Of a DNA stretch of 64,000 bases, positions 36,538 through 47,902 are shown piece by piece. A program made the position numbers and the translations under genes. A model generated the notes under the pieces. The model saw only the letters and a list, made by a program, of their open reading frames with translations. It made no database searches and had not been told where the DNA came from. Each line of letters begins with the position of its first letter. The stretch's first letter is position 1. Source of the DNA: Candidatus Latescibacterota bacterium (lineage in GTDB: Bacteria; Latescibacterota; UBA2968); NCBI GenBank assembly GCA_965214925.1, contig OZ244028.1:3592205-3656204 (forward strand). The letters run 5' to 3'.

Positions 36538-38234
36538 TACGGCCTCTCTTCATGCCACCAGATTTTGGGTTCCAACCTTCCGGTCTCCGTCTCCCATCTC
36601 GCGCGCACCTCTGCGGTATCGGCATGCGCGATCAGAGGCTCGGCGGGCAAAAACGGATGGATTTGTCCAGACATCCACTGTGCATTGCCATCGCGATCCA
36701 AAAAGCCGGAAATGCGATAGGTGCCCGGAATTAAATTGGTCAACGCAAACGTCGTATCCCGCAAGACCTGTTCGACAAAAAAGTCATGCGTCATGCCCCG
36801 TGCCCAAATCACCACATTGGAAGAAGACGTCGTTCCAGAAACGCGCCCCAAAGCCGCGGTGTCCACCACTGAAAAGACAAATGCAATTGGTTCAGAGAGG
36901 CCATTGCCGCCAATGTCAAAAAGGCCATTCGGATTTCCAATGAGTCGAATTGTCTCACCACTTGCCCATGGATCATCCGCCACAAACACGAGATGGTTGG
37001 GTGCGGCCCATTCAAAATGCCCCTGGGGAACAACAGTCGAATCCGAGGCTATCCACAATTCGGACACCTCATCCAAACGCATGGCATCGGAAAAAAAAAT
37101 GCGAACCAGAGCCGTTGGCAAAACATGCGCGGCATTCTCCGCCGGCGCAATCGCCAGCACCTCGGGCGCGCGTCGGTCTCGCGTGGCATCGCCCCGCACG
37201 GTTGCATCAATGGTATCGCGATTGCCCCACTGATCTGCAACATCGATGAGAACCGCGTAGTCTGCCCTCCGAGTTTGCGGTTCGGTGATCAAACCCATCC
37301 CACTCGCGTCTGTGGGATCCTGATACATGTCCAACACAGACAGGTCGGGGATTTGCACGGACAAAATCCGCACGGGTTCGTCAAATCGCATCAGGATATG
37401 CTGTTGATCGGGTGTGCGCGCGGCAACGAGCACAGGGGCTGACGTGTCGCGCACCGCGAGCTTGAGATCGCCCAGGCGAACGCGATCCGCATCCGCGAGC
37501 ACCACGTCGCCGGGCGGAAGGGCCAGAAAATCCCCGGGCGAATACGTGCGGTCTGCGTTCTGATCGCCAAAAGCAAATACCCGATAGTGCCCAGGGCCCA
37601 ACCGCTTCAAGACAAAATGGCCCGTTTCGTCGGGTTGTGTCACATAAGCGGGGCGATCTCGCCCCGGGTCGGGCGCTGCCAGCAGCGAGAGATCATATCC
37701 CCAAACGAAAATTTGCCCGCTCCGCGCATCAGACGCCAGAACGCGGCCGCTGAGTTCCCCTCGATTTAAGCGATCCCCTGTGGCAAATCCAAAACTGTGA
37801 GAAGACCGCATGCGGTTGCGCCATTCATCGGCACTTTCCTGCCCCACCGTGACCAAATACGTTCGGTCGGCTTGCAGGCCATCGGGCAATCGGATTTCTA
37901 ATATTTCTCCACGCCATCGAAAATCGGGTTCCTCAGATCCCTGTGGCGATATAAACACTGCATGCTCGACCGATTTGCGATCCATCGGCTCGGAAAATCG
38001 AATGCGAATGGAGGTGTCCAATCCCACCCGTAGCGAACCATCCGCGGGCATTGTGGCAATCACCCTGGGCGGTGTTTCATCGGGTGGGCCGCCCGGCGGT
38101 GGCATCTGCCGCGCGCAGGCCACAAAAAAACAGAGAACGAAAAAAAAACAGATTCCCCCAACCCTTTGTTCTGAAAAGAATACCAAAATGACATCACCGC
38201 GTTTATAGGTTGGATTCGGCTGCGTCAGGTCCAC
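36537..38234 (-). CDS. Secreted protein with bacterial Ig-like (SbsA/Big-type) domains
   Basis: Signal/transmembrane N-terminus and repeated Ig-like blocks (RIRFSEPMDRKSVEHAV...). Confidence 0.4.
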   Translation of the reverse strand: MDLTQPNPTYKRGDVILVFFSEQRVGGICFFFVLCFFVACARQMPPPGGPPDETPPRVIATMPADGSLRVGLDTSIRIRFSEPMDRKSVEHAVFISPQGSEEPDFRWRGEILEIRLPDGLQADRTYLVTVGQESADEWRNRMRSSHSFGFATGDRLNRGELSGRVLASDARSGQIFVWGYDLSLLAAPDPGRDRPAYVTQPDETGHFVLKRLGPGHYRVFAFGDQNADRTYSPGDFLALPPGDVVLADADRVRLGDLKLAVRDTSAPVLVAARTPDQQHILMRFDEPVRILSVQIPDLSVLDMYQDPTDASGMGLITEPQTRRADYAVLIDVADQWGNRDTIDATVRGDATRDRRAPEVLAIAPAENAAHVLPTALVRIFFSDAMRLDEVSELWIASDSTVVPQGHFEWAAPNHLVFVADDPWASGETIRLIGNPNGLFDIGGNGLSEPIAFVFSVVDTAALGRVSGTTSSSNVVIWARGMTHDFFVEQVLRDTTFALTNLIPGTYRISGFLDRDGNAQWMSGQIHPFLPAEPLIAHADTAEVRARWETETGRLEPKIWWHEERP

Positions 38235-38240
38235 TTGTTT

Positions 38241-39128
38241 TCACGCCCTCGGATGCGCTTGTCGATAGGCTTTTTTTAAGCGTTCAACGCTGACGTGCGT
38301 ATAGACCTGTGTGGTTGAAAGGCTCGCATGACCGAGCAACTCTTTCACGGCATTTAAGTCTGCGCCCGCATCCAGCAGATGGGTTGCAAAGGCGTGGCGC
38401 AATGCATGGGGCGACAAAGACCGCCCGGTCGCTTTGCCGAGGTATCGGGTTACGCGCCCTTGAATACCGCTTGGACTGAGCGGGCGTCCGGATCGCGCCA
38501 AAAACAGGTGTTGTCGGTCGGTCGTCTGTTGAGAAATCAGTTCTCCTCGACGCGCCAGATACGCCCCCAATGCTGCCCGAGCAGGTTCACCGAAAGGAAT
38601 CAACCGCTCTTTGTTGCCCTTGCCGACAACCCGCACGAGTTTGCCGGTCAGGTCCAGCGCATCGAGTTTGAGGCCCGCGAGTTCGCGCAAGCGAATCCCC
38701 GCGCTGTAAAACAACTCCAATATCGCCCGGTCGCGCAATCCCAACGCGGTATTGGGCGATGGCATGGACATCGATCGCGCCACCTCTTCGACATCCATAT
38801 AAACGGGCAATATTTTGTCTTGCTTAGGCGGGCGCACATTGAGCGCTGGATTTTGCTCCAAATCGCCCAAATTGCACAAATAACTCAAAAACGTGCGTAC
38901 CGCGGCCAGCTTTCGGGCAACAGACCGCCGACCAAATCCCCTGTTGTGCAAAAAGCCCAAAAACCCCCGAACCGCGTTGCGATCAATCTGTTGCGCGCGG
39001 GTCACATCACACGCGTGCAAAAAAGCAGCGAATTGATCCAGATCCGTGGCATAAGCCGTACATGTGTGATCCGACAATCGCCGCTCGCGCGACAGATGGG
39101 TGAGGAATTGGGCAATGGTTGATCGCAT
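38241..39128 (-). CDS. xerC: Tyrosine site-specific recombinase XerC/XerD
   Basis: HALRHAFATHLL...LLGHASLSTTQVYTHV catalytic R-H-R-Y pattern. Adjacent to topA. Confidence 0.85.
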   Translation of the reverse strand: MRSTIAQFLTHLSRERRLSDHTCTAYATDLDQFAAFLHACDVTRAQQIDRNAVRGFLGFLHNRGFGRRSVARKLAAVRTFLSYLCNLGDLEQNPALNVRPPKQDKILPVYMDVEEVARSMSMPSPNTALGLRDRAILELFYSAGIRLRELAGLKLDALDLTGKLVRVVGKGNKERLIPFGEPARAALGAYLARRGELISQQTTDRQHLFLARSGRPLSPSGIQGRVTRYLGKATGRSLSPHALRHAFATHLLDAGADLNAVKELLGHASLSTTQVYTHVSVERLKKAYRQAHPRA

Positions 39129-39291
39129 GGCAATGATCAAAATCCTCTCGCTTCTCAGGCCGGGATGGCAATGTGAATGACATCTCGTTCAATGGGAAGT
39201 ATGGACTGGGCAAATGAGTCGCCGCGGTCGGCGAACTCGTTGGTATATTGAATAAACGCGGGGTGAACGTGACAGCACAATCGGGGGACAC

Positions 39292-41736
39292 TTACTTTTT
39301 GCGCGTTCTTCTCTTGTTTCTCTTGTTTGTCGCGGGGTTTGAAGCGATGATTTTCTCGCAGGCCGCGCGCGTCAAAGACGACGCATCCACGTTTTTTGGC
39401 ATGCGATAATTGTTCCCATTGTGCTTGATATAAGGGCCATAGCGACCAGCAATGACCTGAATGCCGTCAAAATCGTGGATGACGTGCTGGGACTGTCTGC
39501 CGCCTGACCCGCGTTGCATGAATTTTTCGAGGGTCTGGCGATCTAAGGACGCCGCATCCAATCCCCTGGGAATTTTGTAATTTTGACCGTCTTTGCGGAT
39601 ATAGGGGCCATACCGTCCCTTGAGCACCTGAAAGTCGTCAAAATCTCGAATCACATTCTTGGCTTTGCGATCTTTTTCCGCCGCCGCGATTGTCAGCGCG
39701 CGATTCAGCGTCATCGCAAACAGGTCTTCGCCCTTTGGGATGGAAAAAAAGTCGCGCCCCATTCGCACATAAGGGCCGTATCGGCCGATGTTGACCTCCA
39801 CCTCGTCACCCGCATCATTTTGACCGAGTTTGCGGGGCAATTCAAAATACTTGAGGGCATCGGTCAATTTGATATCAAAAATACGCTGATTTGGGGGAAT
39901 AGACGCAAACAAAGGCTTTTCGCTTTCCCGTGCCGTACCAATCTGAATATAGGGGCCGTATCTGCCAAAACGCACACTCACCTCGCGCCCGGTCTTGGGG
40001 TCTGTACCCAATTTGCGCCCGATCTTATCCACTGATTTTTTGTTTTCCACCCGCTTGTTAAACGGCGGATAAAACGCTTTTAACATGGCCTTCCATGAAT
40101 TTTTGCCCTGGGCAATCTCGTCAAAATCGCCTTCAATGTGCGACGTAAAACCCAAATTGACAATATCGGGAAAGTGCGCGATCAAAAAATCGTTGACCAC
40201 TTCGCCGATATCCGTGGGTTCGAGTTTCTTGTCGCGCGTGCGTTCCACATACCCCCGGCTCTGAATGGTCGAAATCGTCGGTGAATAAGTCGAGGGCCGT
40301 CCAATGCCCTCGCTTTCGAGCTTCTTGACCAGCGATGCCTCGGTATATCGCGCGGGCGGTTTGGTGAACAACTGCTCCAAGTGCAACTTCTTCAAATTGA
40401 GCACCTGCCCCTTTTTCACCGCGGGCAAAATGACATCTTTGTTGCTGATAGCCGCGTCTGGATCATCCGATCCTTCGGTATAAACTTTCAAAAATCCAGG
40501 GAACAAAATCCGCTGCCCCTTGGCTTCAAAAAGCAATTCGCCCGATTCGCCGGCCCGAATGCGAAGGGTGGTATAGGCCAGGCGCGCGTCGGCCATTTGC
40601 GTGGCCAATGTGCGTTTCCAAATCAAATCGTAAAGCCGAAACTGTCGCGCCTCGAGATGGGCTTTTACGCGAAGGGGTTTAATCAACAAATCCGCCGGAC
40701 GAATCGCCTCGTGCGCTTCTTGCGCGCCCTTGCTTTTATTGGCAAAGCCGCGCGGTCTCTCGATGGTATAATCCCGACCATATGCTCGCGCGATCACCTC
40801 CCGCGCCTGATTCACCGCTTGCTCGGCCAAATTCACGGAATCGGTACGCATATACGTAATCAAACCGCCGGTATAGCCGGGAATGTCAAAATTGCCTTCG
40901 TAAAGCTGTTGGGCAATCCGCATGGTTTGCGACACGGAAAATCCCAACTTGCGAGACGCCTCTTGTTGGAGTGTCGATGTCGTAAACGGAGGCACGGGTG
41001 ATCGCTTGCCCTCGCGTTCGACCACTTCGGCCACCACAAATTGCCCCTTCAGCGCGCTCGCTTCAATGGCCTTGGCCTCGGCTTCATTTTTCACAGACGC
41101 TTTTTTGCCATTTTGCCGCGTCAATTCGGCCTGAAATTCGGGATTTTTGAAATCGGACTTAATTTTCCAATATTCCTCGGGCTTAAACGCCCGAATCTCC
41201 CGCTCCCGATCGACAATAATTCGCACCGCCACACTCTGCACGCGCCCGGCCGACAGCCCACCTTTGACTTTTTGCCACAACAAAGGCGAAAGCTGATAGC
41301 CCACCGCGCGATCCAAAATGCGTCGCGCCTGTTGCGCATCCACCAGATTTTGATCCAGCGCGCGCGGATTTTCAAGCGCGTGTAAAATTGCAGATCGGGT
41401 AATCTCGTGAAAAACAATGCGCTTGATGGGCTGCTCCCTGAGCCTCAGCGCAGAAATCAAATGCCACGAAATGGATTCCCCCTCGCGGTCTTCGTCCGTC
41501 GCCAGATAAACGGTCGTATCTTTCCCAATCTCTTTTTTCAGTGCCTGAATAACCTTGCGCTTGTCTTGAGACACGACGTATTGGGGATCAAAACTCTCTG
41601 CATCAAAGCCCAATTCGTCCGCGGGCAGATCGCGCACATGTCCCATTGAAGCGGCGACTTTATAGTCCTTGCCCACAAATCGCGAAATGGTGCGTGCTTT
41701 GGCAGGCGATTCGACAATGATCAAATTTTTTGCCAT
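39292..41736 (-). CDS. topA: DNA topoisomerase I
   Basis: Toprim N-terminus (MAKNLIIVESPAKA), catalytic-Tyr region (GYTGGLITYMRTDS) and four C-terminal GRYGPYI/V repeats. Confidence 0.9.
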   Translation of the reverse strand: MAKNLIIVESPAKARTISRFVGKDYKVAASMGHVRDLPADELGFDAESFDPQYVVSQDKRKVIQALKKEIGKDTTVYLATDEDREGESISWHLISALRLREQPIKRIVFHEITRSAILHALENPRALDQNLVDAQQARRILDRAVGYQLSPLLWQKVKGGLSAGRVQSVAVRIIVDREREIRAFKPEEYWKIKSDFKNPEFQAELTRQNGKKASVKNEAEAKAIEASALKGQFVVAEVVEREGKRSPVPPFTTSTLQQEASRKLGFSVSQTMRIAQQLYEGNFDIPGYTGGLITYMRTDSVNLAEQAVNQAREVIARAYGRDYTIERPRGFANKSKGAQEAHEAIRPADLLIKPLRVKAHLEARQFRLYDLIWKRTLATQMADARLAYTTLRIRAGESGELLFEAKGQRILFPGFLKVYTEGSDDPDAAISNKDVILPAVKKGQVLNLKKLHLEQLFTKPPARYTEASLVKKLESEGIGRPSTYSPTISTIQSRGYVERTRDKKLEPTDIGEVVNDFLIAHFPDIVNLGFTSHIEGDFDEIAQGKNSWKAMLKAFYPPFNKRVENKKSVDKIGRKLGTDPKTGREVSVRFGRYGPYIQIGTARESEKPLFASIPPNQRIFDIKLTDALKYFELPRKLGQNDAGDEVEVNIGRYGPYVRMGRDFFSIPKGEDLFAMTLNRALTIAAAEKDRKAKNVIRDFDDFQVLKGRYGPYIRKDGQNYKIPRGLDAASLDRQTLEKFMQRGSGGRQSQHVIHDFDGIQVIAGRYGPYIKHNGNNYRMPKNVDASSLTRAACEKIIASNPATNKRNKRRTRKK

Positions 41737-41825
41737 TACAATGTCCTTTATGAAAGCGAATCTGCGAACTATCCGTCTATTCAGTCCAAAACCCAAAATA
41801 CATGCACGGGTTACAAAAGTCAAGG

Positions 41826-43871
41826 TCACGCCTTGCGACTCGTGCGCGTGGATCGCGCGATGAGCATTTCCGCGGCCATTGCCAGCAAGGCCATTCCCAA
41901 CACCCAGCGCCAGAGTTCCCGACCATGTCTTTGCGACAGGATGGCCGCCTTCAAATCAACCTCGCCATCCACAACGCGCAAGCGGTCTGTCCCAAACAAT
42001 GCCTCGAGCCGCGCCATAGAAACCGGGGTCAAATCGGGTTCGCGGTCATCAACCTGAACAGCAAAGCGATCCGCGAGACGCTCGCGCGCAAAAATTTCCC
42101 ACAGGCCCGGCACATCTACCGCGCCAACCGGCCACACCGATTGCAGGCCGCGCTGTTGCGGCCAAATCGTTTTGGGTTCTCGGCCCGGTGCCTGCAAAAC
42201 AGCTTCCCAAGCCTTGTCCTGACGCATATCTCTGTACACGACTTGCCCAACGCGATAGTCAGAATGCCCAAATGCCCCGGCTGCCAAATATCCGCTCAGG
42301 CGATGCACAAAGGGGACAAAAAAGCCGGAAAGCGGCGCGTCACTCCATCCCAAATTCGCGCCCACCGAAGACGCAAATAGCACCGCGCGCCCTTGGCCTT
42401 TGCGAGATTCGAGCAGGGCCGGCGTCCCCGAAGCAAAGGACAACACAGGTTGTGTATTTCGCGCGGGGCGAACCCGATGCGAAACAAAAAAACGCGGGCT
42501 TTGAAACGCGCCTTTGAGTTCGAGGCCCGACAGCATGGGATGATCGGGCAAAACCGTCTGTAAAGCTTGATACGCGCCCTCTAGCGTGCCCCGCGCGCCG
42601 AGCAATGTGGCCGGACAAAGCGCGGGCAACACGCGTTCATTGTAATGCCGGATATCGATTTGATCGCCCAAAAAAAGAGCCAGACCCATCCCGCGCGAGA
42701 TTCGCGTTTGCAAAGCGGCAATCGCGTCCACAGAAAGCCGCGCCACATTGCACAAAAAGACCACCTCAACACCCTCCAACACTTGATCTGATACGCGATC
42801 GGGTTTCACATGCGCCACCTCGCCCGAGACAACGGACAAAGCCTGTGCGAGATAATAAGACTCGCGGGACGCATCCGCGACCAGCAAAACGCGCACGCGA
42901 TCGGGAACGCGCACCACGGTCGCGCGCGCGTTGTCTGCATCGAGATCGTCTTCTCCTATTTCCACGCGCAGGGCAACAACTCCCCCTGTTTCGGGCACGA
43001 ATCGCGCGTGCAATTTGCGACGTCCGGCCGCAGGCACATGGGCAATGTGCTGCGCGATGCGCCGATCATCCAAAAATATCTGCACGGGCACGTCGCCCCG
43101 ATTGGCGTCGCCGTAATTGATCAGTTCGATCCCCAGCGTACTTGAACGCCCGACCTGTGGCGAACGGGCATGCACTTGCCCTATACCTATATTGGCAACT
43201 TGCGAGGGCCGCTCGGAAATGATGTACACCGACACACCGTCCAGGCGCGCCAGCGTATCGGGCAAGGTCGTCCAGCCATTGGACGCGCGATCCGTGACGC
43301 AATACAACTCGCGATTGGGCATCTGCGACCCGGACAAATGCGACCAAGCCAGTTGCACCCCCGCCTCAAAATCCGTGCTGCCAAATCCGGGTTGTAAAGC
43401 ATTTAGATGCAGCCTCAAACGCTCGGGTGAGGCCACCTTGACCTCCTCGACTCCCTCGTCGACCAGCACCAGACGCACATCGTCGCGATCATCAAACAAG
43501 GTCAAAAGCGCGCGCACCCTCAGAAGCGCGCGATCAAATAATGTGCCCTCGGATGTGCGGTATTGCATGCTCAATGAACGGTCGAGCAAAATAACCGCCG
43601 ACGTGCCCGCCTGCCCACTGCCCCCGCTCAAAGTTGGCCGCGCAAAAGCCAGCACCAGCAAAACAATGAGCAGGGTTCGCAATATGAGCAACACGAGGTG
43701 CTTTAATTTTATCCGCCGCATGCGGTCGTGCTGTAGGGTTTGCAAAAGCATCACATTTGAAAACGACACCGTTACGATACGACGCCGATTCAGCAGATGG
43801 ATCACGAGCGGCAACAGCGCCGCCCACAAACCGTGCAACAGCATCGGATTTGTAAATGAAAGACCGGACAT
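41826..43871 (-). CDS. BatA-like VWA-domain protein with N-terminal double-transmembrane domain
   Basis: FTNPMLLHGLWAALLPLVIHLLNRRR (TIGR02226-like) and vWA block ILLDRSLSM. Confidence 0.7.
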   Translation of the reverse strand: MSGLSFTNPMLLHGLWAALLPLVIHLLNRRRIVTVSFSNVMLLQTLQHDRMRRIKLKHLVLLILRTLLIVLLVLAFARPTLSGGSGQAGTSAVILLDRSLSMQYRTSEGTLFDRALLRVRALLTLFDDRDDVRLVLVDEGVEEVKVASPERLRLHLNALQPGFGSTDFEAGVQLAWSHLSGSQMPNRELYCVTDRASNGWTTLPDTLARLDGVSVYIISERPSQVANIGIGQVHARSPQVGRSSTLGIELINYGDANRGDVPVQIFLDDRRIAQHIAHVPAAGRRKLHARFVPETGGVVALRVEIGEDDLDADNARATVVRVPDRVRVLLVADASRESYYLAQALSVVSGEVAHVKPDRVSDQVLEGVEVVFLCNVARLSVDAIAALQTRISRGMGLALFLGDQIDIRHYNERVLPALCPATLLGARGTLEGAYQALQTVLPDHPMLSGLELKGAFQSPRFFVSHRVRPARNTQPVLSFASGTPALLESRKGQGRAVLFASSVGANLGWSDAPLSGFFVPFVHRLSGYLAAGAFGHSDYRVGQVVYRDMRQDKAWEAVLQAPGREPKTIWPQQRGLQSVWPVGAVDVPGLWEIFARERLADRFAVQVDDREPDLTPVSMARLEALFGTDRLRVVDGEVDLKAAILSQRHGRELWRWVLGMALLAMAAEMLIARSTRTSRKA

Positions 43872-44063
43872 ATCAGTTGTCAGTTGCCATAGAGATAGAG
43901 CAACCCCTTGCGGCTCCCCTATCACCGACACCTGTCTGCCAAGTGGTTGGGAGAGATGGGTTGCACGCGGGGCACAACGTCAGTAAAGCTGACCCCTGAA
44001 AGTCAACACAAAAAAACCCGCTTCGCAGCAAAGCAGGCGTTGGAATAAAATTTACGACATCCA

Positions 44064-44525
44064 TCAATATTTTTTATCTTCCGCTTCAATAATCGCCAGG
44101 GCCTCCTCGCGATCGCTAAGTCCAATCAAACGCTGTCTAAAATCTTCTCTTTTTAGAACCCTTGAAATGCGCGCTAAGGCTTTAATATGCGGCCCTGATA
44201 CATCCAAAGGCGAGACCAAAAGAAAAAAAATATAGGTCTTTTTGCCATCTAAAGCATCAAAATTTATGCCTTCAGACTTGATGCCCAAAACACCCCCCAA
44301 TGTCAGGGCGTATTCTGACTTCCCGTGGGGAATGGCAATGCCGTGTCCGATGCCGGTGCTCATAATTTCTTCGCGCGCCAACACGGCCTCGAGCACCTTC
44401 TCGCGGTCAATAATTTTATCGCCTACTTGAAGCGCGCCAACAAGCTCTTCGAGAACTTCCCGCTTGTTTTGCCCCTTGAGCCCGACGATGACCGATTTGC
44501 CCGACAAAATCTCCATCAACGTCAT
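44064..44525 (-). CDS. ptsN: PTS IIA-type nitrogen regulatory protein
   Basis: GIGHGIAIPHG with active-site His, and an EIIA-Ntr-like length. Confidence 0.7.
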   Translation of the reverse strand: MTLMEILSGKSVIVGLKGQNKREVLEELVGALQVGDKIIDREKVLEAVLAREEIMSTGIGHGIAIPHGKSEYALTLGGVLGIKSEGINFDALDGKKTYIFFLLVSPLDVSGPHIKALARISRVLKREDFRQRLIGLSDREEALAIIEAEDKKY

Positions 44526-44831
44526 GAATGCCCTTTCTTCAAGCCCGATGTGGGATCGCAAACTGCTTTCTGTCCTACAAAGACGGAACATAAAACGCCC
44601 CTTTAACAAAGTCAAGAAAATTAGGGAATACATTCGCCAGTGCAGACGCCTGCGCCACAAAAGTCATTGAGAAATCCGGCAAAAGTGTTTAACGTTCACA
44701 TGGTGTGCCGCGCGAGAAACCCAAAATCCAAACAGGCGTCTCAAAGTACACCAAAAAACAGAAATGCAAAGTAACCCCGGCCTGCTGCCCCAAACCAGCA
44801 GTTAGGCCCATTCCGCACAAAGGATTGTCTT

Positions 44832-47141
44832 ATGCTTCGAGTCTCGTATTCAACCCTGTATCTGATCTTCATCGGTTTTGCAAGCGCGGGATTCGCGCAA
44901 GACCGCGATCTCCACGACGTCATCCGCCGCTTGAAAGCCGATTTGCCGACCGCGTCTGATTCATCCGCGACCTATGCGCGCATGGGCCTGCTCTATTCGC
45001 GCCTCAAAGAAGCCGATAGCGCCGAAGTGGCCTTTCAAAACGCAATCGCCTTGCGTCCCGACCTCGCACTTGCCCACGCGGGGTTGGGGCGCGTGTACCA
45101 CGACCTGAAAAACAAACCCGCGCGCGCGCTGCCACACTTTAAAAAAGCGGTCGAAATCGACACCACCGACGCGGATGTTCACGACCGCCTCATCAAAACC
45201 CTGATCGCCCTCGACCAAATGGGAAGCCGCGCGCGAAAAGCCGCGTCGCAAACCATTGCGCGATTTCCCGACCTATCTTCGCCCTATCTGCTGCTCGCCC
45301 GCGCGCATAGCGAAGAAGGCAGCGCGCACCAAGTCGCGCTTTATTATTACAAAAAATACCTCCAACGCAATCCCGAAGATCGCGAAACCGCGTACCATTT
45401 TGCCTTCGCGCTCTACGAAGCCAAAGCATACCGCGACCTCGAAGACATCACATCGCGCATGCGGGATCCGCGCGCGCTGCCCTTGCTCGCCCAAGCCCTC
45501 ATTCAAAGGCGCGACCACGAAGGCGCGCTGGCCGCGTTTCAACGCTATATTAAAACCCTGCCCAAAGAAGAACAGCCCCTTTTTGACGACATCTCGTATA
45601 TTGGCTCAAAAGCCGAAAGCCGCGCGTATCGCCTCGCGTCCGCGTCTGACGACCAAACGCAGCGCCAGCGTTTTCTCGCCCGTTTTTGGCTGCAAAAAGA
45701 CCCCTTCAAAACCTCGGGGGGCGCGCTGCGTCGGGTCGAGCACTATCGCAGGGTATGGCATGCGCGAACCCACTTTGGCAAAAAGTGGCCGTGGGACCGC
45801 AGAGGAGAAATTTTCATTCGCTATGGCGAGCCCGACTACATCTCGACATCGCGCAAACTCAATGCGATTGTGCCGCTCGATGTCCAGCGCGTTCAGGAAC
45901 AAAGAGCTTATGCGATTTACGGCGAGGCAGGCATCGAGGCCAATTTCGTCGGGCCCGTCTATCCGATTCGCACGATGAAAGAAGGCGGCATAGGCCATGC
46001 ATTTACGGGCCGTTTGGGGTTCTCCGAATACCGCCCGGTCACGACGAGCAGCGGTTGGACCTCTGTGCCGTGGGAAGTGTGGATTTACAAAAACCTCGGC
46101 AATGGCGCGGAGTTCACGTTTACCGATGAATTTTTGAGCGGGAATTACGATTTTGCCCCTGTACCGTCGCTGACCGAAGAAGACCTCGCCCATGCCGAAT
46201 CTTCCGGACGCTCGTACATGAGCGTTATTCAACGCCTCAACGAATTTAACTCCGCCACGCTCGCGCAATCGCTATCGGCAACCGAACCCGAATTGTACAG
46301 CATAGAAGCCCTTGAACCCCTCGACTTTTACTTTGACGCGCTCACCTTTCGGGGTCCAGAGAACAAAACCGAATTGCAGGTCGTATTTGGCTTGCCATTA
46401 GACAATGTGGCTCTGCCCACGGACCCGGACACCACGGTTGTGGTTGAACGCCGCACCGCGCTGATCTACCCCCGCGCGCTCGATTTTCAAAATACCAAAC
46501 ACGCATTGGCAATTGACATTACCGATGACACTCGCGGTCTCGGTTTGCAAGCCCTGAGCGGCGTGCGCCACATCGCCGAACCCGGCGAATACGAATTGGC
46601 TGTTGAAGCGTGGCGGCAAAATACCAACCGCATTGGCGCGTATCGCCAACCCCATCTTCAATTGCCCGCGTACCGCGACAAAAGTCACTTGATGATGAGC
46701 GATATTCAGGTTGCTTCCCGCGTCACGGAAGCCCACCGCGCGCCCGACACATCCTTTGTGCGCGGCGACCTCTACATTCAGCCGCAGCCTTCGGCAACCT
46801 TCATCCTCGGCATGTCCATGTTCGTTTACTTTGAAATTTACAACCTCACACGCGATGAATTTGGGCAGACGCGCTATACCATCTCTTATGAAGTACAAAA
46901 ACGCCAAGAAGCCGGTTTTACACTCATTTCCCTGTTTGCCAAATTGGGCAAAAAAAATACCGAGGCCATTGGCCTCAGCTTTGATCAAGTGGGAACGGAG
47001 CCCGGCGAAAATACCTATCTCGAAATGCCCCTCGCCAACCTCGCGCCTGGCCGCTACACCCTCAAACTCACCATCACAGACAAAAATGCCGACCAGAACA
47101 CCACAAAAGATGCCGTATTCTTTATTTCGAGCACTCGGTAA
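44832..47141 (+). CDS. TPR-repeat plus GWxTD-domain secreted protein
   Basis: N-terminal signal peptide, TPR repeats, then FWLQKDPF...GKKWPWDRRGEIFIRYGEPD (GWxTD signature). Confidence 0.7.
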   Translation: MLRVSYSTLYLIFIGFASAGFAQDRDLHDVIRRLKADLPTASDSSATYARMGLLYSRLKEADSAEVAFQNAIALRPDLALAHAGLGRVYHDLKNKPARALPHFKKAVEIDTTDADVHDRLIKTLIALDQMGSRARKAASQTIARFPDLSSPYLLLARAHSEEGSAHQVALYYYKKYLQRNPEDRETAYHFAFALYEAKAYRDLEDITSRMRDPRALPLLAQALIQRRDHEGALAAFQRYIKTLPKEEQPLFDDISYIGSKAESRAYRLASASDDQTQRQRFLARFWLQKDPFKTSGGALRRVEHYRRVWHARTHFGKKWPWDRRGEIFIRYGEPDYISTSRKLNAIVPLDVQRVQEQRAYAIYGEAGIEANFVGPVYPIRTMKEGGIGHAFTGRLGFSEYRPVTTSSGWTSVPWEVWIYKNLGNGAEFTFTDEFLSGNYDFAPVPSLTEEDLAHAESSGRSYMSVIQRLNEFNSATLAQSLSATEPELYSIEALEPLDFYFDALTFRGPENKTELQVVFGLPLDNVALPTDPDTTVVVERRTALIYPRALDFQNTKHALAIDITDDTRGLGLQALSGVRHIAEPGEYELAVEAWRQNTNRIGAYRQPHLQLPAYRDKSHLMMSDIQVASRVTEAHRAPDTSFVRGDLYIQPQPSATFILGMSMFVYFEIYNLTRDEFGQTRYTISYEVQKRQEAGFTLISLFAKLGKKNTEAIGLSFDQVGTEPGENTYLEMPLANLAPGRYTLKLTITDKNADQNTTKDAVFFISSTR

Positions 47142-47224
47142 ATGAGCGTTGAGCAAACGGAAACTGGGATAAACGCGAATAAAGGGCCAATGCCGAGTTT
47201 ACGTCCTTGTCCACCACCAAATTT

Positions 47225-47764
47225 TTACCCCGTTTTAATCACATAGGTCTCTGCCGCGCGATCGTGAATCCCCTGTCTATCGGGATGGCGACGCGCCACT
47301 TGAATCAACACCAACCAACCCACTGCGCCGATCGCGCCGGTCGCCATGGCGACCGATGGAGCGAGCACCAATCGCGCCTCCTCCTCTATCCTCTCGATCC
47401 CCTCTCCATCCGCGGGACGCTGGTACAACTCTTCTGGCGTCAACAGAGCCATCGCGATAAACAGCACAAAAATCGGCGACCACTTCACCGCGGCGCGCCG
47501 AAACATTTGCGCGTAATCCAGTCCACCCCCATGAGCATCGATCACGCGCAACCCCAATAACATTTTGCCCGGGGTTTGCCCCTTGAGCACCCCAAATATT
47601 GCACAATACACCAGTATCAAAACAAAATCCACTGCCCACATGCCCGCGGGCGACATCGGCATGTTGCGCGCAATCACGGACAGTGCCACAATCAAAATTA
47701 CAAAATCCAACGCGGTCGCCAGCACGCGCCGTCCCATTCCGGCGATTTCGCTTTGCATCAACAT
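47225..47764 (-). CDS. RDD-family membrane protein
   Basis: GRRVLATALDFVIL...GQTPGKMLLGLRV pattern (R..D..D). Confidence 0.6.
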   Translation of the reverse strand: MLMQSEIAGMGRRVLATALDFVILIVALSVIARNMPMSPAGMWAVDFVLILVYCAIFGVLKGQTPGKMLLGLRVIDAHGGGLDYAQMFRRAAVKWSPIFVLFIAMALLTPEELYQRPADGEGIERIEEEARLVLAPSVAMATGAIGAVGWLVLIQVARRHPDRQGIHDRAAETYVIKTG

Positions 47765-47902
47765 TGTTTCACCTTTTCTCGCGTATTTTCAATTTTTTGC
47801 CGTTTAATAAACGCTTCCAATGGTTCAGTTACTCATCCATTTTTGTTTTTTCCCCACCAATACCAGGCATTATTTTTTTTGAGCGGTGGACAATATAGAC
47901 CC

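Noticed and set aside
38241-39128. Tyrosine recombinase as the integrase of a mobile island
   Set aside because: The sequence is a canonical XerC/XerD (chromosome dimer resolution) next to topA, flanked by housekeeping genes, with no attachment-site repeats or adjacent tRNA.
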